Of a DNA stretch of 64,000 bases, positions 10,351-20,318 are shown piece after piece. The stretch lies in NCBI GenBank assembly GCA_963767165.1, contig CAVYCV010000005.1, forward strand, positions 196,767-260,766, in the 5' to 3' direction. The position numbers and the translations under genes are program-made. Every line of letters starts with the position of its first letter. Positions within the stretch are counted from its first letter, which is position 1. Below the pieces are notes generated by a model that had not been told where the DNA came from, did no database searches, and saw only the letters and a program-made list of their open reading frames with translations. This DNA is from an uncultured Chloroflexia bacterium (GTDB lineage Bacteria > Chloroflexota > Limnocylindria > Limnocylindrales > CSP1-4).

Positions 10351-10451
10351 CGCGCGATCACGTTCCCTCCTCGACGGCCGGGCGGCCGGGACCGACAGGA
10401 TAGCGGTCGGCGAGGCGCGCGACGAGGGGTCGTCCGAGCGCGACGCGAGGG

Positions 10452-10973
10452 TCAGTCGGTGGGACCGAACAGGAGCGTCAGCCAGCTCTCCAGCGGCGAG
10501 ACACGGGTCCTGTCCGCGCCGAGCCGGACACTGGCGGAGCCGGGCGCGTCGGCCGACAGCGCCGGGGCATCCTCGGCGAGCGCGAACGGGATCTCCTTCG
10601 TGGCTCCCAGACCGTAGCCGCGGGCCTGCTGCTCGATGTAGCCCTGGCGCTGGATCTGGTCGAGCTCCCGTGCCAGGCCGGCGACCTCGGTCGTGAGCGT
10701 GACGTTGTCCCTGGCGATCTGCTCGGCGCGCGAGGCGGCCGCCTGTGCCTCGCCGACCTGCCGCGCGAAGACGACCACGATCCAGACCGCGACGAGCACC
10801 CCGATGAGGCCTGCGAGATGACGCCGGGTGATCCCGGCGATGGACAGGCTCGAGAGGTCCGGGGCCTCACGGGCGTCGACATCGTCGCCGGTCAGGCGGT
10901 CGTCGGACGCGATCCGCTCGTCGAGGCCCTCGGCGTCGGCATCGGGCGGCAGGGGTGCGAGCCGGCGAACCAT
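10452..10973 (-). CDS. septum formation initiator family protein (FtsB/DivIC-like)
   Basis: Single TM (LIGVLVAVWIVVVFA) followed by a coiled coil (TTEVAGLARELDQIQRQGYIEQQARGYGLGATKEIPF) typical of FtsB/DivIC. Confidence 0.6.
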   Translation of the reverse strand: MVRRLAPLPPDADAEGLDERIASDDRLTGDDVDAREAPDLSSLSIAGITRRHLAGLIGVLVAVWIVVVFARQVGEAQAAASRAEQIARDNVTLTTEVAGLARELDQIQRQGYIEQQARGYGLGATKEIPFALAEDAPALSADAPGSASVRLGADRTRVSPLESWLTLLFGPTD

Positions 10974-11022
10974 CCGACCGAGGGTAGCTAGCGGTAGACT
11001 GGCGTGTCAACTTGCCATCGAC

Positions 11023-11041
11023 GTGACAGCCGAGCTGTCAC
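11023..11041. promoter_or_regulatory. perfect 8-3-8 palindrome GTGACAGC-cga-GCTGTCAC in the divergent ftsB-like/mrfA intergenic region; candidate operator
   Basis: Seen directly in the sequence. It lies about 65 nt upstream of the mrfA ATG. A weak Cheo/SOS-like half-site CGAACatccGTGC sits at about 11078-11090. Confidence 0.3.
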
Positions 11042-11106
11042 ATCCACGCTGGAAGGTGCTGCTAGACTCGCAGGAATCGAACATCCGTGCTATTCGAGGT
11101 CGCCTG

Positions 11107-13419
11107 ATGCGAACCTACGCCCCCGCCGACCCGGAGGCCGTCCTCGCGGCCCTGCTGGCCGAGCCGTCGATGGCGCGCGGCGTCGTCCATCACGAGGTCA
11201 TCCCGGCGCGGGCCGCGGAGTACGGCGAGTTCCCGGCCTGGCTCGACCCCCGGATCGTGGCCGGCCTCGCATCGCGCGGCATCGACCGTCCATACCGGCA
11301 CCAGGCCGAGGCGATCGAGGCGGTCCACGCCCGCGAGGACGTCGTCATCGTCACGCCGACCGCGTCGGGCAAGACGCTGTGCTACGCGGTGCCGGTCCTG
11401 CAGGCGATCGCGGACGATCCGGCGTCGCGCGCGCTGTTCCTGTTCCCGACCAAGGCGCTGGGGCAGGACCAGGTCGCCGAGTTCGGGGGCCTGTCGGCGG
11501 CGGCAGGGATGGCGATCCACACCTCGACCTACGACGGTGACACGCCCGCCCCGATCCGCTCGGCCGTGCGGGCCGCCGGCCAGGTCGTCGTCACGAACCC
11601 CGACATGCTCCACTCCGCGATCCTGCCCCACCACACCAAGTGGTTCCAGCTGTTCGAGCAGCTCCAGGTCATCGTGATCGACGAGCTGCACACGTACCGC
11701 GGCGTGTTCGGCGGCCACGTGGCCAACGTCCTGCGCCGGCTTCTCCGCATCTGCGCGCATTACGGCAGCCACCCGGTCATCGTGTGCTGCTCGGCGACGA
11801 TCGGGAACCCGGGCGAGCTGGCGGCGATGCTGACCGGGCGCCCGTCCCGGCTCATCGATCGGAACGGGGCGCCCGCCGGCGAGCGACACGTCGTGCTCGT
11901 GGACCCGCCCGTGCTCGAGCCCGCGAGCGGGGCGCGCGGATCGGCCGTGACCCTCGCCCAGCGCTGGGCCCTGCCGTTCCTGCGAGCGGGCCGCCAGACG
12001 ATCGTCTTCGGCCGGTCGCGGGTCGCGGTCGAGCTGCTGCTGACCGGGCTGCGCGAATCGCTGCGCGAGAGTCGCGGGCCGCGCAGCCGGGTCCGCGGCT
12101 ATCGCGGTGGCTACCTGCCCACCGAGCGCCGGGCGATCGAGCACGGCCTGCGCGACGGCGAGATCCTCGGCGTCGTCGCCACGAACGCACTCGAGCTGGG
12201 CGTCGACATCGGGCGCCTGGACGCGGCCATCCTGGCCGGCTACCCGGGCTCGGTCGCGGCCACCTGGCAGCAGTTCGGGCGGGCCGGCAGGCGGCTGGGC
12301 ACGAGCGTCGCGGTGCTGGTGGCGTCGGGCGCGCCGGTCGACCAGTACGTCATCCACCATCCCGAATTCCTGCTCGAGGGGACCCCCGAGGAAGCCCGCC
12401 TCGACCCGGACAACCTGCACGTCCTGCTGGCCCACCTCCGGGCCGCGACGTTCGAGCTGCCGTTCGAGCCGGGGGAGGTGTTCGGGCCGCAGCCGGCGGA
12501 CGACCTCCTCGCCTTCCTCGCCGAGGAGGGCCACGTCCGCCACGCCGACGACGGTCGCTGGTACTGGTCGAGCGAGAACTTCCCGGCCTCGGAGATCTCG
12601 CTGCGCACGGCAGCGCCCGAGAACGTCGTGATCATCGACACGACGCCGGACCGGCCGCGGGTCCTCGGCGAGGTGGATCTGTTCAGCGCGCAGGTCCTCG
12701 TCCACGAGCGGGCCATCTACATCCACGAGTCGATCCAGTACTACGTCGACCGGCTCGAATGGGGCGAGCGCAAGGCGTACGTCCACCGGATCGACGTCGA
12801 CCACTACACCTACGCGAATCGCGCCGTGACGCTCAAGCCGCTCGAGATCTTCGCCGAGGCGCCGGCCACGGGCGGCCGGCGGATCCACGGCGAGGTCATG
12901 GTCGCGAGCCTGGTGACCCTGTTCAAGAAGCTCAAGTTCCTCACCGACGAGAACGTCGGCTGGGGACCGATCGACCTGCCCGAGCTCGAGCTACAGACGA
13001 CGGCCTACTGGCTGACCGCCGATCGGGTCCGTGACGGCTGGCGGCGCGACGACCTCGACGTCGCGCTCCTGGGTGCCGGACGGGCGATCCAGACGGTCGC
13101 GTCGGTCCTCTTGATGGTCGATCCGCGTGATCTCGGGCTCGTGTCACAGGTCCGCTCGCCCCACGCGGAACAGCCCACGATCTACTTGTACGAGTCGGTG
13201 CCTGGCGGGATCGGCCTGTCGGAACGCCTGTGGGACCGCCACGACGAGCTCCTTGCGGCAGCGGCCGACCTGATCGAGGCCTGCGGCTGCGACGGCGGGT
13301 GTCCGGCCTGCACCGGTCCACGACTCGAGCCGGACGTCGACGCGCGAGCGCTCGCGCTGCGGCTGCTGGTCGAACTCGGGGCGAGGCCCGCCACGGTCGC
13401 GCTCCCAGCCGCCGGGTGA
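11107..13419 (+). CDS. mrfA: MrfA/YprA-like DEAD/DEAH-box helicase with C-terminal DUF1998 zinc-binding domain
   Basis: GAGG 8 nt upstream of the ATG. Helicase motifs I (TPTASGKT) and II (DELH), a SAT-like motif and motif VI. C-terminal ESVPGGIGLSERL...CGCDGGCPACTG is the DUF1998 four-Cys signature. Confidence 0.8.
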   Translation: MRTYAPADPEAVLAALLAEPSMARGVVHHEVIPARAAEYGEFPAWLDPRIVAGLASRGIDRPYRHQAEAIEAVHAREDVVIVTPTASGKTLCYAVPVLQAIADDPASRALFLFPTKALGQDQVAEFGGLSAAAGMAIHTSTYDGDTPAPIRSAVRAAGQVVVTNPDMLHSAILPHHTKWFQLFEQLQVIVIDELHTYRGVFGGHVANVLRRLLRICAHYGSHPVIVCCSATIGNPGELAAMLTGRPSRLIDRNGAPAGERHVVLVDPPVLEPASGARGSAVTLAQRWALPFLRAGRQTIVFGRSRVAVELLLTGLRESLRESRGPRSRVRGYRGGYLPTERRAIEHGLRDGEILGVVATNALELGVDIGRLDAAILAGYPGSVAATWQQFGRAGRRLGTSVAVLVASGAPVDQYVIHHPEFLLEGTPEEARLDPDNLHVLLAHLRAATFELPFEPGEVFGPQPADDLLAFLAEEGHVRHADDGRWYWSSENFPASEISLRTAAPENVVIIDTTPDRPRVLGEVDLFSAQVLVHERAIYIHESIQYYVDRLEWGERKAYVHRIDVDHYTYANRAVTLKPLEIFAEAPATGGRRIHGEVMVASLVTLFKKLKFLTDENVGWGPIDLPELELQTTAYWLTADRVRDGWRRDDLDVALLGAGRAIQTVASVLLMVDPRDLGLVSQVRSPHAEQPTIYLYESVPGGIGLSERLWDRHDELLAAAADLIEACGCDGGCPACTGPRLEPDVDARALALRLLVELGARPATVALPAAG

Positions 13420-14975
13420 CGATCCCCGCGGCCGATCCGGCCGGTCTCGCGCGGCGGCTGGAGCGCTTCCGGGCCGCGACCCGTCACGAGGCGCCGACCG
13501 AGGTCGGTCGCCAGGTCGAGTTGCCCCACGCCCCGCTCGACCGGCGCGTTCTGGCGGAGCGGCTCGCGGCGGCCGTCGAGGGCGAGATCGTCGACGCGCC
13601 CGGCGGCGCATACGTCCGGTGCGAGGGACCGCCGCGCTCGATCCCGCTCGACCGTGCAAGCCTCGCGCGGCTGCCCGCACAGCCGCCGCCGGGGGTCCCG
13701 CTCGTCTGCCTCGACACCGAGACCACCGGGCTGGCCACCGCGACCGGGACCGTCGCCTTCCTGATCGGGCTGGGCTGGTGGGAGCGCGACCGGTTCCGCC
13801 AGGTCCAGCTGCTGCTCCCCGACCACGCCGACGAGCCGGCCCTGCTGACGGCGCTGGCCGATCACATCCCGATCGACGGCTGGCTCGTGACGTACAACGG
13901 TCGCGGGTTCGACTGGCCGCTGCTTGTCACGCGCTACCGGATGGCCCGGCGCGCGGCGCCGGTCCACGCGGGCCACCTGGATCTCCTCCCGGTCGTCCGC
14001 CGCCTGTTCCGCCACCGGCTCGAGGACGCCCGCCTACGGACGGCCGAGACCGGCCTGCTCGGGCTGGAACGACATGGCGACGTCGACGGCTGGGAGATCC
14101 CCGGCCGGTATCTCGGATTCCTGCGCGGCGGACCGGCGCAGCCGCTCGTCGAGGTCGTTCGGCACAACGACCAGGACGTTCGGTCGCTGGCCCGCCTGCT
14201 TGTGTTGCTCGCGGATGGGTACGGGACCGCCGAAGCCCGGCGGACGGCCCCGGCCGGAGATCTTGGTGGCCTCGCCCGTGCGTTCGCCCGGGCAGGGCGT
14301 CTTGGCGACGCGCTCGACTGCTACGACGGGGCGCTTGCGGTCGAGGCGAAGAACCCGACCGAGCGCCCGACGTCGATCCGCGTCACAGCCACACCCACCG
14401 CAGCCGCGCCGGTTCCCACGTCCGATGACGACGTCCCGTGGTGGTCGCCGCGCGTCCCGGCCGACTTCGGGGGGCACCGGCGACCGCCGGCCGGGGCCCC
14501 GTCCAGCCGCTCCGCCGCGTTCGCGACGCCATGGACGACCGACCGGATCGCCGTCGAGCGGGCCCATCTCCTGCGCCGGCTCCAGCGCTGGGACGAGGCC
14601 GCGGACGCCTGGGCGAGCCTGGCCGCCGGCCCCGGCCGCACGGCGATCGTCGCCGCGATCGAGCTCGCCAAGATCCGCGAGCACCGGCTGCGCGACCCCC
14701 TCGGGGCACTCCGGACGACCAGCGATGGGCTGGCCCTGGCCGAGCGTCGCCAGCGACTCGGGCTGCCGGAACCTCGTCTCGAGGCGGACCTCCGCAACCG
14801 GGCCCGTCGCCTGCGACGGCGTCTCGTCGCGCGGGCCGGGCGTCAGGGCGCGGGCGGCACCAGCGGCACGCGCGGATCCACGGTCTCGCCGGACCAGCGT
14901 GAGCGGATGTGGTCGAGCGCGGGATCGAACGAGCAGGCCATCGTCCGACGATCGCCGGCGAGCGCATTGAGGTAG
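13416..14975 (+). CDS. mrfB: MrfB/YprB-like RNase H-fold (DnaQ/DEDD) exonuclease with C-terminal TPR-like region
   Basis: GTG start overlaps the mrfA stop (GTGA). Exo motif I LVCLDTETTGL, then YNGRGFDWPLL and VVRHNDQDV. The 3' end overlaps convergent iolB by about 130 nt, so its exact end is uncertain. Confidence 0.7.
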   Translation: MTIPAADPAGLARRLERFRAATRHEAPTEVGRQVELPHAPLDRRVLAERLAAAVEGEIVDAPGGAYVRCEGPPRSIPLDRASLARLPAQPPPGVPLVCLDTETTGLATATGTVAFLIGLGWWERDRFRQVQLLLPDHADEPALLTALADHIPIDGWLVTYNGRGFDWPLLVTRYRMARRAAPVHAGHLDLLPVVRRLFRHRLEDARLRTAETGLLGLERHGDVDGWEIPGRYLGFLRGGPAQPLVEVVRHNDQDVRSLARLLVLLADGYGTAEARRTAPAGDLGGLARAFARAGRLGDALDCYDGALAVEAKNPTERPTSIRVTATPTAAAPVPTSDDDVPWWSPRVPADFGGHRRPPAGAPSSRSAAFATPWTTDRIAVERAHLLRRLQRWDEAADAWASLAAGPGRTAIVAAIELAKIREHRLRDPLGALRTTSDGLALAERRQRLGLPEPRLEADLRNRARRLRRRLVARAGRQGAGGTSGTRGSTVSPDQRERMWSSAGSNEQAIVRRSPASALR

Positions 14976-15814
14976 TAGGCGTCATCGGCGTCGGTCGCGA
15001 CGAACGGGTGGTATCCGTCGGTCACCACAACGACCTCGCCGCCGCGGACCGCCCAAGCCGCGTCCCGGGCCGGGCCAAGCGGGCCGCCGGGCGGCCGATA
15101 CACACGCTGGACGGCCCACGCCTCTGGCCGCCGGAACGCGTAGAGATAGATCTCCTCGAGGACCGCCTCGTTCGGCATGTCGTCGACGTCGTGCTTGTGC
15201 GGCGGCCAGCTCGACCAGTTGCCGGCCGGGGTCAGGACCTCGACGACCAAGAGCCGGTCGGCCGGGAAGTCGGGCGTGATGATGTGGTTGATCTGGCGCG
15301 TCGAGCGACCCGCGCCGCGGATCTCCACGCGGATGTCCTCGGGCCGGATGTGGACCGACTTGAGCGACGCCGAGACATCCGGACGCGTCGGGGCCTCCGC
15401 GATCGCGACCGTCGTCGTCGTCCGCGGTCCGCGCTTCATGGCTGTCACGCTCGCCCGACGACCCGCTGGGAGGTAGTACGCAGCCGGCAACGCGTGGAAG
15501 ACCGTGGTCCGACCTGCCAGCATGGCCTCCGCGCCGTCACCCTCGTCGACCACCGCGTCGCCGCCGTGGAGGTTCACGATGGCCGTCTCGTGGTCCGGCC
15601 CGCCGACCTCGAGCGACTCGTACTCCGCGAGCGTCACCGTCCGGAACGACAGGTAGCGCCAGCCGGCGGTCCCCGGATCGACCGAGACACTGAGCCCTTC
15701 TCGTCCGGCCGCAGCCGGAGCCTGTCGGGCGGCAGGTCGTTCGGCGGGGCGCTCGGGTGGACCGTCGGGTCGGTCATCCGGCCGGTCGGACGTCCGGGTT
15801 CGGGACCAGGGCAT
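14843..15814 (-). CDS. iolB: 5-deoxy-glucuronate isomerase
   Basis: LLVVEVLTPAGNWSSWPPHKHDVDDMPNEAVLEEIYLY...VVVVTDGYHPFVATDADDAYYLNALAG matches the IolB/KduI cupin. Start taken at the in-frame ATG (MPWSRTR...). Confidence 0.8.
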   Translation of the reverse strand: MPWSRTRTSDRPDDRPDGPPERPAERPAARQAPAAAGREGLSVSVDPGTAGWRYLSFRTVTLAEYESLEVGGPDHETAIVNLHGGDAVVDEGDGAEAMLAGRTTVFHALPAAYYLPAGRRASVTAMKRGPRTTTTVAIAEAPTRPDVSASLKSVHIRPEDIRVEIRGAGRSTRQINHIITPDFPADRLLVVEVLTPAGNWSSWPPHKHDVDDMPNEAVLEEIYLYAFRRPEAWAVQRVYRPPGGPLGPARDAAWAVRGGEVVVVTDGYHPFVATDADDAYYLNALAGDRRTMACSFDPALDHIRSRWSGETVDPRVPLVPPAP

Positions 15815-16893
15815 CGGTGACCTGGTGGAGCAGCTCGTGGTACGAGCCGATGAACGCACGCAGGGTCCGCGCGGTCGGTCCGAACGCGTCGAACTCGTCG
15901 GGGCTGAGCCCATCGGGCTCGAAGGCATGGACGAAGTCAGGAAACCGCGTGCGGAGCTCGTCGACGATCGCCGGGTCGACCGGATCGTCCATCCGCGGCC
16001 GGACCTCGATCGACGACGCGTTGAACCGTCGCTGCCACGCCGCCGGGAGCGTGATGACGACATCACCTCCGATCAGCTCGGACCAGTGGAGGTGATGGCG
16101 GATCGCGGCGCCGAGCAGCCGTGCGCGCAAGCCCACGTGCCTGGAACTCCGCGTACGCCCGCTTGAAGACCGCGACACCGGACCAGGGCAGGGCCGACGG
16201 GTCGGCGACGATGCCGTCGCGCTCGGTCTGGATCCGGAGCCAGTCCTCCAGGCGGCCCATCATCAGCGTGATGACCGGGCCCATGTCGTCCACCGCAAGG
16301 CCATCGGCCTCGCGTCGTCGCAGCCCGCGTTCGACCGCCTCGCCCGCGGCGACCGCCTGGGCGACGCTGAATGAGACCGTGGCGTTCACGTTGACGCCGC
16401 GGTAGGTCGCCTCCTCCATGACCCGGACGCCGACCGTGGTCGCGGGGAACTTGACGATGATGTTCGGCGCCAGGCGGGCGAAGCCCTCCCCCTGTGCCAG
16501 CATCCGCTCGAACGACCGGAACAGCGTCGGATCGGTCTGCATCGACAGACGGCCCTGACGGCCGCCCGAGGCCTGGTGGGCAGGCAGGAGCAGCGGCGCC
16601 GCGCGCAGCGACATCTCCTCGACGATGGCCCAGGCGAGCTCGATCTCGGTCGCGTCCGGCCGCTCCTCCGCGAGCGTCTTGACGCGGCCACGCCAGCGAC
16701 CGGGATCCGCCTTCCACACGTCGGCGACGATCGTCGGATTGGCGGTCGCACCGACGGCCCCGTACGAGACGGCGTACTCGAGCTCGTCCACCGCGCACGA
16801 GTCGTTCCAGATGTCGGTGGCGGTGGTCGCGATGGTCCGTCCGAGCGGCGTGTCGGCCAGCGGGGGTGCGGGCGGTCGCGCGGTCGTCGCCAT
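15774..16893 (-). pseudogene. tal: transaldolase family gene with a single-nucleotide frameshift near 16115
   Basis: The N-terminal 260 aa (MATTARPP...TDIWNDSCAV...AVFKRAYAEFQARGL) are in one frame (track ORF ending at 16063). The C-terminal 110 aa (RARLLGAA...GGDVVITLPAAWQRRFNASSIEV...) are in another (ORF 15774..16178). The junction is GGGCTTGCGCGCACGG. GGAGG lies 7 nt before the ATG at 16893. Confidence 0.7.
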
Positions 16894-17055
16894 CGTTCGC
16901 CTCCAAGTTGCATGCGGGTCGCGAGCGGTCCGGTCCCGAAACTGACGCGTTGACAGCACGCCCCACCATGCTACCCTTCCGCCACCCAAGGGTAATCGAT
17001 TACATCGAAAGCGCAAGGGGATCCGATTGCCCGAGCCCAGCAGTCGACGTCGGCG

Positions 17056-18044
17056 GTGAGCGCCGGCGTGCCCGCCCGACCGGACATCCGCCCGATCCTG
17101 CGACGGCCGGGCGATGCGCTGCCACGGGCGTCGATCGGGACGGTGCCGATCCTCTGGAACAACGTCGATGTCGTCGACCTGCGGCTCGGGACCGACGGGT
17201 TGACGATCCTCGACGAGGTCGCCAGGACCGGATACGAAGGTGCGCAGCTCGGCCTCGGGTTTCCGGGGGGAGCCGATCTGCGCAACGCCCTCGTCGAGCG
17301 GCGGCTCGCCCTGGCAGAGGTCTACGCTGCGCTGCCCGCCACGGTCGATGGACCGACGGAGGGCGCACTGGCCGAAGGCCTCGAGCGGTTGCGACTGCTG
17401 CACGACGGCGGCGGCGAGGTCCTGGTCGTGGCGCTCGACGGTTCGCCCGACCGCTCGGAGCGGGCTGGCCGCGCCGACGCAGCCCGGCACGCCCGTCCTG
17501 ACCGATGCGGGGTGGGACCGCCTGATCGACGTGATCCATGCGATCGCGTCGGCCACCCGCGAGGCGGGCCATCGGGCGGCGTTCCATCCGCACGCGGGAA
17601 CGTACGTGGAGACACCCGCCGAGGTCGACCGCCTGGTGAGCCGCCTCGATCCCGGCCTCATCGGTATCTGCCTCGACGTCGGCCACTACCTGGTCGGTGG
17701 CGGGGACCCGGTGCAGGCGCTGCGAGACCTCGGTGAGCGCGTGACCCACGTCCATCTCAAGGACGTCGACCCGACGGTCCTGCGTGGGATGCGCGAGGGC
17801 GCGATCGGCGGGTTCGGCGAGGCGATCCGCGCGCGGATCTTCACCGAGCTCGGGGCCGGCCTGCTGGATCTCGACGGGGTCATCGATGTCCTCGTCGACG
17901 CGCGAGTACGACGGCTGGCTGATCGTGGAACAGGACAGCTGCTGGGGACCGCCCTCGGAGAGTGCCGCCATCGGTCGTCGCGTCCTGGGCGCGACGCTGC
18001 GGCGGGCGGGTTCGGCCAAAACGGCCCGGTCGGGCTCGCGATGA
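17056..18044 (+). pseudogene. iolE: inosose dehydratase (IolE, TIM-barrel xylose isomerase-like) gene interrupted by two frameshifts, near 17460 and 17898
   Basis: Homology runs through three frames. Frame 1 covers 17056 to about 17470 (...VLVVALDGSPDRSERAG). Frame 2 covers about 17470-17895 (QPGTPVLTDAGW...HPHAGTYVETPAEVDRL...LDVGHYLVGGGDP...VHLKDVD). Frame 0 covers about 17898-18044 (REYDGWLIVEQD...). The second junction is at GACGCGCGAGTAC, where one base is missing from a GC run. Confidence 0.75.
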
Positions 18045-19039
18045 GGATCGCCCTCCTTGGCGCGGGACGCATCGGCCGGATGCACGCCCGGCTGCTGTCG
18101 TCGACACCCGGCGTGGAGCGCCTGGTCGTGGCGGACGCCGACCCGGCCCGGGCCGCCGATGTCGCGGCCGCGGTGGGCGCGACCGCGGCGCCCACCATCG
18201 AGGCTGCCCTCGACGAGGCCGACGGGGTCGTCATCGCGGCTGCGACGGAGGCCCACGCGGAGCTGACCCGCATGGCGATCGGGCGTGGCCTGCCGACGTT
18301 CTGCGAGAAGCCGCTCGCGGTCGACCTCGCCGACACGATCGCGGTCGCCGAGGAGATCGAGCGCAGCGGCGTGCCGTTCCAGCTCGGGTTCCAGCGTCGC
18401 TTCGATGCGGGCTACGGGGAGGCGCGCCGGCTGGTGGCGTCGGGCGAGCTCGGGACGGTCTACGCCGTCTATCTCGCGGGCCACGACCCCGCCCCGCCGC
18501 ACGAGTCGTACATCCCGGGCTCCGGCGGGCTGTTCCGCGACTTCTCGATCCACGACTTCGACGTCCTGCGCTGGATGACCGACCGGGAGGTCGAGGAGGT
18601 CTACGCGGACGGCGGCGTCCGGGGCTTCCCGATGTTCGCCACATACGGCGACATCGACACGGGGGTGGCGACCCTGCGGATGCGCGACGGCCCGTTCGTC
18701 GTCCTGACCTCGGCCCGCCACGATCCGCTCGGCTACGACATCCGCGCAGAGTTGTTCGGCTCCGCGGACTCCGTCAGCGTCGGCCTCGGACCGCGGACGC
18801 CGCTTCGGTCTGTCGAACCGGGCGTCCCGGCGCCGGCCGGCCCCGCGTGGGCCGACTTCGTCGACCGCTTCACGCCTGCCTACACCGCCGAGCTCGCCGA
18901 ATTCATCCGGGTCGCGCACGGGCACGTCCCGAGCCCGTGCGTCGCCCGAGATGGCCTGGCCGCCCTCCGGATCGCGGAGGCGGCGACACGCTCACTCCAC
19001 GAGCACCGTCCGGTGCGACTCGAGGAGATCCCAGGCTGA
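18041..19039 (+). CDS. iolG: myo-inositol 2-dehydrogenase (Gfo/Idh/MocA family)
   Basis: ATG overlaps the iolE stop (ATGA). N-terminal Rossmann fold MRIALLGAGRIGRMHA, then EKPLA and the Gfo/Idh/MocA C-terminal domain. 333 aa, intact. Confidence 0.8.
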   Translation: MRIALLGAGRIGRMHARLLSSTPGVERLVVADADPARAADVAAAVGATAAPTIEAALDEADGVVIAAATEAHAELTRMAIGRGLPTFCEKPLAVDLADTIAVAEEIERSGVPFQLGFQRRFDAGYGEARRLVASGELGTVYAVYLAGHDPAPPHESYIPGSGGLFRDFSIHDFDVLRWMTDREVEEVYADGGVRGFPMFATYGDIDTGVATLRMRDGPFVVLTSARHDPLGYDIRAELFGSADSVSVGLGPRTPLRSVEPGVPAPAGPAWADFVDRFTPAYTAELAEFIRVAHGHVPSPCVARDGLAALRIAEAATRSLHEHRPVRLEEIPG

Positions 19040-19041
19040 GA

Positions 19042-19060
19042 GCCGGCCCCGGTGGCCGGC
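19042..19060 (+). terminator. GC-rich hairpin GCCGGCC-ccggt-GGCCGGC immediately after the iolG stop; possible terminator or attenuator
   Basis: 7-bp perfect stem with a 5-nt loop starting 3 nt after the TGA. No U-tract, so weak as an intrinsic terminator. Confidence 0.2.
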
Positions 19061-19210
19061 GCGAAAGGAGGTGCGCGGTCGAGCGACGGGACGCGGGATC
19101 CCGGGCCCGACCGGATCGATCCGGGGATCCGATGGCGAGCGGTCGCGGACCATCCGTGACGCTCGCGAGGGCGCGCAGCGGCGCCATCGACAAGTGAGGA
19201 GAGAGACGGG

Positions 19211-20227
19211 ATGCAGCTTCGAAAGAACGTCGCCCTGTTCGCGGGCGCGGTGATCATCCTGGCGGCGTGCAACGCCGCGACCAGTTCCGGCAGTGCGGCC
19301 CCGGCCGGTGGCGCCGGTCTCGACGGCGCGCTCGTCAAGCGCAGCGACATCAAGATCGAGGTCGTGACCCACGGCCAGGCGATCGACGGGTTCTGGGGCG
19401 TCGTCCGCAACGGCGTCAAGGCCGGCGCCGCCGACATGGGCGTCACGGTCAACTACAACGCCCCGGCGCAGGAGAGCGACATGCCCGGCATGTCCGCGCT
19501 CATCGACGCTGCCGTGGCAAAGAAGCCGAGCGGGCTCGTCGTCTCGATCCCGAACCCGGACGCGCTCAGCCCCGCGATCAAGAAGGCCATCGAGGCCGGG
19601 ATCCCGGTCGTCTCGATGAACTCGGGTTCGGACGTCTTCCGCGATCTCGGCATCAAGGCGCACGTCGGCCAGACGGAGTTCCAGGCCGGCCTCGGCGCCG
19701 GGCAGCGATTCAAGGAGGCCGGCGTCAAGAACGCCGTGTGCTTCAACCAGGAGGTCGGCAACCAGGCTCTGACCCTGCGTTGCAACGGCTTCTTCCAGGG
19801 CATGGGCCTCGCCGAGGGCGCGGGCCAGGTCCTGACCGGCAAGATCTCCGACCCGGCCGACATGCAGGCCAAGATGGCGGCCGCGATCCAGTCCGATCCG
19901 ACCATCGACGGCATCCTGACCCTCGGCCCGTCCGTGGCCGGCCCGGCGCTCGCCGCGGTCGCCGCTTCGGGCAAGCCGATCCATCTCGCCACCTTCGACC
20001 TGAGCGCCGAGGTCCTGACCGCCATCAAGGACGGGAAGATGGACTTCGCCATCGACCAGCAGCAGTTCCTCCAGGGGTACCTGCCGATCGTGATCCTCAC
20101 GAACTACGCAGAGACCCGCAACCTTCCGACGGGCGATGGCACCGGCCTGATCATGACCGGACCGGGGTTCGTCACGAAGGAGGACGCGGCAGACGTCATC
20201 GCCCTCGCGGCGAAGGGTCTGCGCTGA
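19211..20227 (+). CDS. sugar ABC transporter periplasmic substrate-binding protein (RbsB/LacI-type fold)
   Basis: Strong RBS GAGGAGAGAG before the ATG. Signal/lipoprotein-like N-terminus ([14 protein letters not shown]) and a periplasmic binding protein type I fold. Confidence 0.85.
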   Translation: MQLRKNVALFAGAVIILAACNAATSSGSAAPAGGAGLDGALVKRSDIKIEVVTHGQAIDGFWGVVRNGVKAGAADMGVTVNYNAPAQESDMPGMSALIDAAVAKKPSGLVVSIPNPDALSPAIKKAIEAGIPVVSMNSGSDVFRDLGIKAHVGQTEFQAGLGAGQRFKEAGVKNAVCFNQEVGNQALTLRCNGFFQGMGLAEGAGQVLTGKISDPADMQAKMAAAIQSDPTIDGILTLGPSVAGPALAAVAASGKPIHLATFDLSAEVLTAIKDGKMDFAIDQQQFLQGYLPIVILTNYAETRNLPTGDGTGLIMTGPGFVTKEDAADVIALAAKGLR

Positions 20228-20318
20228 TCTGAGCGTCAGGCGTCGGCCCCGCCGACGCCGTCCCTGGGAGGGGTCGAGTCTCGGGGCTCGACCCCTCCAC
20301 CACCGACGGAGGCCATCG

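Noticed and set aside
11078-11090. Possible LexA/Cheo box CGAACatccGTGC before mrfA
   Set aside because: Only a half-consensus match (GTGC instead of GTTC). It overlaps the RBS region. Retained only as a weak note inside the MrfAB finding.
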